Shown in pieces: positions 59,201 to 64,000 of a stretch of 64,000 bases of DNA. Numbering within the stretch: position 1 is the first letter of the stretch; each line of letters begins with the position of its first letter. Origin of the DNA: Thermoplasmatota archaeon (lineage in GTDB: Archaea > Thermoplasmatota > Penumbrarchaeia > Penumbrarchaeales > Penumbrarchaeaceae); assembly GCA_029762535.1 (NCBI GenBank), contig JARVGK010000009.1, forward strand, positions 41,759 to 105,758, given 5' to 3'. A program made the position numbers and the translations under genes. The notes beneath the pieces were generated by a model, which saw nothing but the letters and a program-made list of their open reading frames with translations, did not search any database and had not been told where the DNA came from.

Positions 59201-59656
59201 ATGAAGACCGTAATTTCATTATCCGCGCTGGGTATCGTGATCGTTGGGGCACTGCTCTGCGGCTGCTTCAGCGAGGTCATAGATCCGGAGATCAAGATCG
59301 TTGTATTGGACGTCATGACGACAAACCTTTCGGCAGGATCGCCAAGGGAGGTGGCCGCCAACGGCAGCGAGTACGTCTACGTGAAGATGAACGTGACGAA
59401 CGAGAACGAGAAGGTGGACAAGATATTCACTTCCGACATGTTCAAGGCGGAGGACGCGTCCAGGAACCCGTTCCCTGCCGTTTCTCTCGCCAATCTCGAG
59501 GAGAGAGAGAACACATTCACCTTGAAACCCGGGGAGTCCAGGGACTTCTACGCGGTGTTCTTGGTCCCCAATAACGTGGATTTGACCCTTCTCGTGGGAA
59601 AGATGGGGACGGACGAGGACGTGACGGCCGAGATCCCGGACTACGACCATTTCTGA
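59201..59656 (+). CDS. Lipoprotein, DUF4352-like Ig fold
   Basis: LLCGC lipobox-like motif; YVYVKMNVTN, LKPGES..AVFLVP. Confidence 0.7.
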   Translation: MKTVISLSALGIVIVGALLCGCFSEVIDPEIKIVVLDVMTTNLSAGSPREVAANGSEYVYVKMNVTNENEKVDKIFTSDMFKAEDASRNPFPAVSLANLEERENTFTLKPGESRDFYAVFLVPNNVDLTLLVGKMGTDEDVTAEIPDYDHF

Positions 59657-59702
59657 ATGTCATCACGCCATCAATAAATATCAAAGAGGGCATCATTACC
59701 TC

Positions 59703-60608
59703 ATGAACGAGGCCATAGTGACGAAGGGCCTGACCAAGTACTACGGCAAGGCGAGGGGGATAATCGACGTCGATCTCGCCGTTTCAAGGGGCGAGGTCTT
59801 TGGCTTTTTAGGACCCAATGGCGCTGGCAAGACAACCACGATCCGGTTGCTGATGGACCTGATAAGGCCAACGAGCGGAACGGCATCGGTCCTGGGCATC
59901 GATCCGCAGAAGGACGGGGCGCGGGTCAGGAGTTCGATCGGCTACCTTCCCTCGGATTTCGGAACGTATTCATCCATGACCGCTAGGAAGTACCTGCATA
60001 CGCTCCTTGACATGATGGGGCATCAGGGAGATAACAGGATAGAGGAGGTCGCGAAGCGGATACAGCTCGACCTCGATCGGAGGATCAAGGATTTCTCGAG
60101 AGGGAACAGGCAGAAGGTTGGCATAGTATCCTGCTTCATGCACACCCCCCCGCTGATAATAATGGACGAGCCCACATCAGGGCTCGATCCCCTGATGCAG
60201 CAGGAGTTCTACAAGATGGTACTTGAGGAGAAGAGGGCCGGAAGGACGGTCTTCCTATCCTCGCACATACTAGCAGAGGTGGAGGCCATATGCGACAGGG
60301 TCGCCATAATCAAGGACGGAAGGATCCTGGTCACGGAGAATATATCCGCCTTCAAGAAGAAGACCGGCAAGGTGATGACCGTATCCTTCAACGAGAGGGT
60401 CGATCCCTCCCGTTTTTCATCGATCCCAGGTGTATCGCATGTGGAAGAGGATGGGGATCACACTCTGAAGATGACCGTGTCCTCGAACATCAACGCTCTG
60501 ATCAAGGAGATCGCCAGATACGACATAGAGGACCTCGATTACGAGGAGCTCTCCCTCGAGAGGATGTTCCTGAGATACTATGAGGACGACGGGGGTGAGG
60601 GGAGATGA
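59703..60608 (+). CDS. ABC transporter ATP-binding protein
   Basis: GPNGAGKTT, FSRGN, MDEPTSGLDP, SSH. Confidence 0.96.
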   Translation: MNEAIVTKGLTKYYGKARGIIDVDLAVSRGEVFGFLGPNGAGKTTTIRLLMDLIRPTSGTASVLGIDPQKDGARVRSSIGYLPSDFGTYSSMTARKYLHTLLDMMGHQGDNRIEEVAKRIQLDLDRRIKDFSRGNRQKVGIVSCFMHTPPLIIMDEPTSGLDPLMQQEFYKMVLEEKRAGRTVFLSSHILAEVEAICDRVAIIKDGRILVTENISAFKKKTGKVMTVSFNERVDPSRFSSIPGVSHVEEDGDHTLKMTVSSNINALIKEIARYDIEDLDYEELSLERMFLRYYEDDGGEGR

Positions 60609-61777
60609 AGATGCCGCTGTTCAAGGCCGCCCTCGCCAACCAGTGGCTCAGCATGACGATATTCGCAGCTGTTCTGGTATTCTACGGGATGCTCATTATG
60701 ACGGCGTTCGTATCCGTGCAGCAGACCATGAGCGATCCCATGGTGGAGGGCGAGGGGATCAAGCTCACGCAGATGGAGGAGGATCCCCCCGGGACCGAGA
60801 GATACAACCTGACATGGGACACGGAGGCGGGGATCGCTTATCACACCGCAATAGGGATCAAGGACCTCTCCTCTGCAGCCTATTTCATGGATCCGGCCAT
60901 GATCGAGGGGATATTGAACGGCAGCGTGGGGCTGGATGAGGTGCCGGGGGTCACCGTCCTATACAACGGGACCGGGACGTTCGTCGAGTTCGAGAACGTC
61001 AACGGATCGGTGATGTTCGCAGTGCTGCTGTATCCCTCGAACGGCGGTTTGTCCGAAGCGATAATGAGAGGGCCGCTGTCCTCTTCGGAGCTCGAGATGA
61101 GGTCCGCTTTCGACGAATACCTCAAGGACAACCCGATGATGAAGGGGCTGTTCGGGGACAGGATGATCAACTTCGCCGATCTGGACGGGTTCATCGTGAT
61201 CGAATACTTCTCCATGTGGCCGCTCCTTTTCGTCATATATCTGGCGATAAAGGCGTCCTCCTCGATATCAAAGCATGTGGAGGACCGCTCGATGGACCTG
61301 CTCCTTGCGACCGGATACACCAGGACCAGGTTCCTGACCGAGAAGATGCTCGTCGTCGCCTTCAACGTGCTTCTTCTCCTGATCTGCGCCTGGGGAGGAT
61401 TGGTCCTTGGTTGTATATTCATCGGGAAGCCGATACCGATCCTGGGGATCACCTACGGCTTTTTGGGAAGCCTCCCTATGACGTTCGCCTTCATAGGGAT
61501 CGCATCATTGGCATCGTCTTTGATCGACGAGGGAGGGAAGACAGTGGGAGCGGTCCTGGGATTCACCATATTCCAGTACATACTCCAGATAGTCGCGAAC
61601 ATCGCAAGCTGGGGGGACACATTGAGCTATTTCACGCTGTTCTCATATTACGATCCCTTCGAATTGGTTCTGGATCTCTCCTTCGATCCGCTCAATGTGA
61701 TAGTTCCAACCGTTCTGGGGATCCTCACTCTGGCCGGGAGCTATATAATTTTCAATAGAAGGGACATCAGGAATTGA
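60605..61777 (+). CDS. ABC-2 type permease with large extracellular loop
   Basis: Multi-TM, EDRSMDLLLA, C-terminal FNRRDI. Confidence 0.9.
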   Translation: MKMPLFKAALANQWLSMTIFAAVLVFYGMLIMTAFVSVQQTMSDPMVEGEGIKLTQMEEDPPGTERYNLTWDTEAGIAYHTAIGIKDLSSAAYFMDPAMIEGILNGSVGLDEVPGVTVLYNGTGTFVEFENVNGSVMFAVLLYPSNGGLSEAIMRGPLSSSELEMRSAFDEYLKDNPMMKGLFGDRMINFADLDGFIVIEYFSMWPLLFVIYLAIKASSSISKHVEDRSMDLLLATGYTRTRFLTEKMLVVAFNVLLLLICAWGGLVLGCIFIGKPIPILGITYGFLGSLPMTFAFIGIASLASSLIDEGGKTVGAVLGFTIFQYILQIVANIASWGDTLSYFTLFSYYDPFELVLDLSFDPLNVIVPTVLGILTLAGSYIIFNRRDIRN

Positions 61778-61908
61778 GGGATCGGGGATCTTTTGTCCAC
61801 ATCCTCGATCAGAATCCATATCCTTCCTCAATAGGAAATTTTGAAGGGTTATATTTTTTATGATTCGGGATAATTATTGATTAAGATAAATAGTTTTATT
61901 GGTAAATA

Positions 61909-62466
61909 TCATTGTATTATGTATAACATAGTAAATAAATATACTATATATAACGATATGCTTGTGGAATTAAGAAAGAATAGAATAAAGGCTAAGTAAA
62001 AAGGATATTCATGTTCATTCTTGATATGATATAAATGAACACCTTTAATAATTAATAAGAAGCTGATAATGAAAAAAAGCGATATAGAAGTAAGGATATA
62101 TAATAATAAAAGATATAAAATAATGTTAAATGATTTGAATGTAAATAATAAAAATAATAGCATTAACGATGTGATCGCATGACTGCTAATTATTTTAATC
62201 AATATTTTTTTTAGACAATCAAATATTTTCTTTTTTTCATTTCTATTATTATCACCATATCTTTTTATTAATATATTGATAAATCTTGAAAGTAATAATA
62301 ATAAAAATAGGATAATTAAAAATATTACTAAAAATATTGAGTAAAGCAATAATAGAATAGTTTTATTGATTTGGATATACATATCAGATACTAACACCAT
62401 TATACTGAGGTTAATTATAGTATAAAACACAATTAATGAATATACCCCATAATTCTTGTTGTGCAT
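61909..62466 (-). CDS. AT-rich multi-TM protein (candidate immunity protein)
   Basis: Four to five hydrophobic segments, GGAGTGA RBS, 20 bp after the upstream gene. Confidence 0.65.
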   Translation of the reverse strand: MHNKNYGVYSLIVFYTIINLSIMVLVSDMYIQINKTILLLLYSIFLVIFLIILFLLLLLSRFINILIKRYGDNNRNEKKKIFDCLKKILIKIISSHAITSLMLLFLLFTFKSFNIILYLLLLYILTSISLFFIISFLLIIKGVHLYHIKNEHEYPFYLAFILFFLNSTSISLYIVYLFTMLYIIQ

Positions 62467-62486
62467 GAATAATCACTCCAAATATT

Positions 62487-64000
62487 TCAGGTTAGAAGAG
62501 TCTCATATCCAATAAACCTCGCAGGTCCTATGTTTCTTACATATAATTTGTAACAATTATTTCCTAAATTCCATCTATAATACCGAGCAGTTATTGTTCC
62601 TGATCTATAATATTTTCCATCAAATGTGATTTTCATCTCAATATCATCATTTGTTGTATCAAAAGCCATTATTAAAAATATAGACCAAGCTGTAGTTATC
62701 GTGATAGCTCCCAAAGATCCTATAAAACCGATTATAAATCCTACAATCGCTCCGGCCACAGCACCCCATACACCGCCAATAGCAGCGCCAATAATTGCTC
62801 CAATTATTGTTCCTGCAAGAGCAAGAGCTTGAGCACCAATAAATGTTATTACGGCAAGAGCTGCAGTGATGATCATGATATCTCTCTCAAACAATTTATA
62901 ATAATAACTGAAATTACTTCCAATTACGCGATTCTTACCTAATATTTTTTGTCTATATTTCACTTTATCATCATTATATTTATAGGTCGGATCAACTAAT
63001 GTTCCGTTTTCCAATAGAATAAACCTAGTTGTAGTTTCAGTAGTTGTGGAAAAATCATTCCAAGCATAGGATACTCCTAATCCATCAGAAATTGATGAAT
63101 CTTCGAATAACGTGTAATTGTTGATAGACCTATCGAATTTTTTTATTGATTTTGCATTTATTTTCGCAGAGTATCCTGTTGAAGGATCTTTGTATTTTGT
63201 AACTCCATAATGTAATGTTGTGTTAAATAAATCATTTGACATAAAGGTAATACCTTGCTGTTCATTTGAAATGATAATTATTCCGAAATCCTTTGATGTG
63301 TTATCATAATAATAATTAAACCCTACAGATACATTATTATAGAGAAACATTTTTTCTATTGTATATGTGCTATTATCACCTGCCACATCATATAGATAAT
63401 CATTCAATCTTGAAATATCATTGGATTTTCTATTTTTATTGGTATAATTGATATCAATCTGATTATTCCATGACCTGGAATTGTTCTGATTATCACGATA
63501 ATCAATATTTCCATAGTAATCATAATGAGAAATGTTAAAATCATCATGGAATTTCATATATAAAGTAACATTTATAGTGATCGTTTCATTCCCTTTTGTA
63601 TAATTTCCTATTAAATTTATTTCACAATCGGAAATGATATTTTCATAGCAATTATTATATGAGCTATTTACATCAAAGATAGGATAAATATCTAATATCG
63701 TATTATTCGATATTTCTCTAACTGATTCCCTCAACAACGATTCGACTGGATCGATATTCCCAAGAATATCATTATCCATATCCATCATTATTGTTCTTGC
63801 ATAAGTTATCATTGGTGTCCAATTTTGTTTCATATTATCATACTTATTATTGAGGTTGTTTGAAAAATATTCCGATAATTCCATCCCGGCAGCGGGATCG
63901 CTTCCTGGAGGGCAGTTGTTGAATGTGACGTTGTTACCGATCCAGCAGTTGAATATCGTGGAATTTATGAACGTGGCGTCCTCTATGTTGCAGTTATGTA
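62487..64000 (-). CDS. C-terminal part of a protein with glycine-zipper hydrophobic hairpin (5' end outside window)
   Basis: Frame stays open upstream of 63884 (HNCNIEDATFINSTIFNCWIGNNVTFNNCPPGSDPAAG-MELSEY); GTIIGAIIGAAIGGVWGAVAGAIVGFIIGFIG. Confidence 0.75.
   Translation of the reverse strand, partial: HNCNIEDATFINSTIFNCWIGNNVTFNNCPPGSDPAAGMELSEYFSNNLNNKYDNMKQNWTPMITYARTIMMDMDNDILGNIDPVESLLRESVREISNNTILDIYPIFDVNSSYNNCYENIISDCEINLIGNYTKGNETITINVTLYMKFHDDFNISHYDYYGNIDYRDNQNNSRSWNNQIDINYTNKNRKSNDISRLNDYLYDVAGDNSTYTIEKMFLYNNVSVGFNYYYDNTSKDFGIIIISNEQQGITFMSNDLFNTTLHYGVTKYKDPSTGYSAKINAKSIKKFDRSINNYTLFEDSSISDGLGVSYAWNDFSTTTETTTRFILLENGTLVDPTYKYNDDKVKYRQKILGKNRVIGSNFSYYYKLFERDIMIITAALAVITFIGAQALALAGTIIGAIIGAAIGGVWGAVAGAIVGFIIGFIGSLGAITITTAWSIFLIMAFDTTNDDIEMKITFDGKYYRSGTITARYYRWNLGNNCYKLYVRNIGPARFIGYETLLT

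Overview
A GC-rich archaeal window, most consistent with Thermoplasmatota (group II chaperonin, GatD, Rpp21 next to YhbY, Dph6, archaeal type IV pilus genes, GGTGA-type RBSs). Left to right: (1) a photolyase-headed carotenoid operon (class II photolyase, lycopene cyclase, CrtD-like, CrtI; runs off the left edge). (2) A variable island after an M48 protease gene where three toxin-antitoxin modules (AbiE, VapBC, HEPN-MNT) alternate with two paralogous ~1,400-aa SBBP surface-protein genes and are bounded by copies of a direct repeat, followed by an AT-rich LamG + clan CD protease gene. (3) Housekeeping genes and a Fic protein. (4) The strongest novelty candidate, 29.1-33.7 kb: a wHTH-TPR regulator followed by four co-oriented units sharing a ~55-bp upstream block. 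These encode a small protein, two apparently inactive caspase/legumain-fold paralogs, an ATP-cone protein and a 33-aa peptide; two units share a structured 5' leader, and an array of hairpins follows the peptide. (5) Thermosome, MgtE, GatD, several giant surface proteins, a membrane-anchored wHTH regulator, a pilus locus and an ABC exporter. (6) An AT-rich candidate toxin/immunity pair running off the right edge. I saw no rRNA, tRNA, CRISPR array, integrase or transposase. All family assignments are by eye from motifs; no searches were run.
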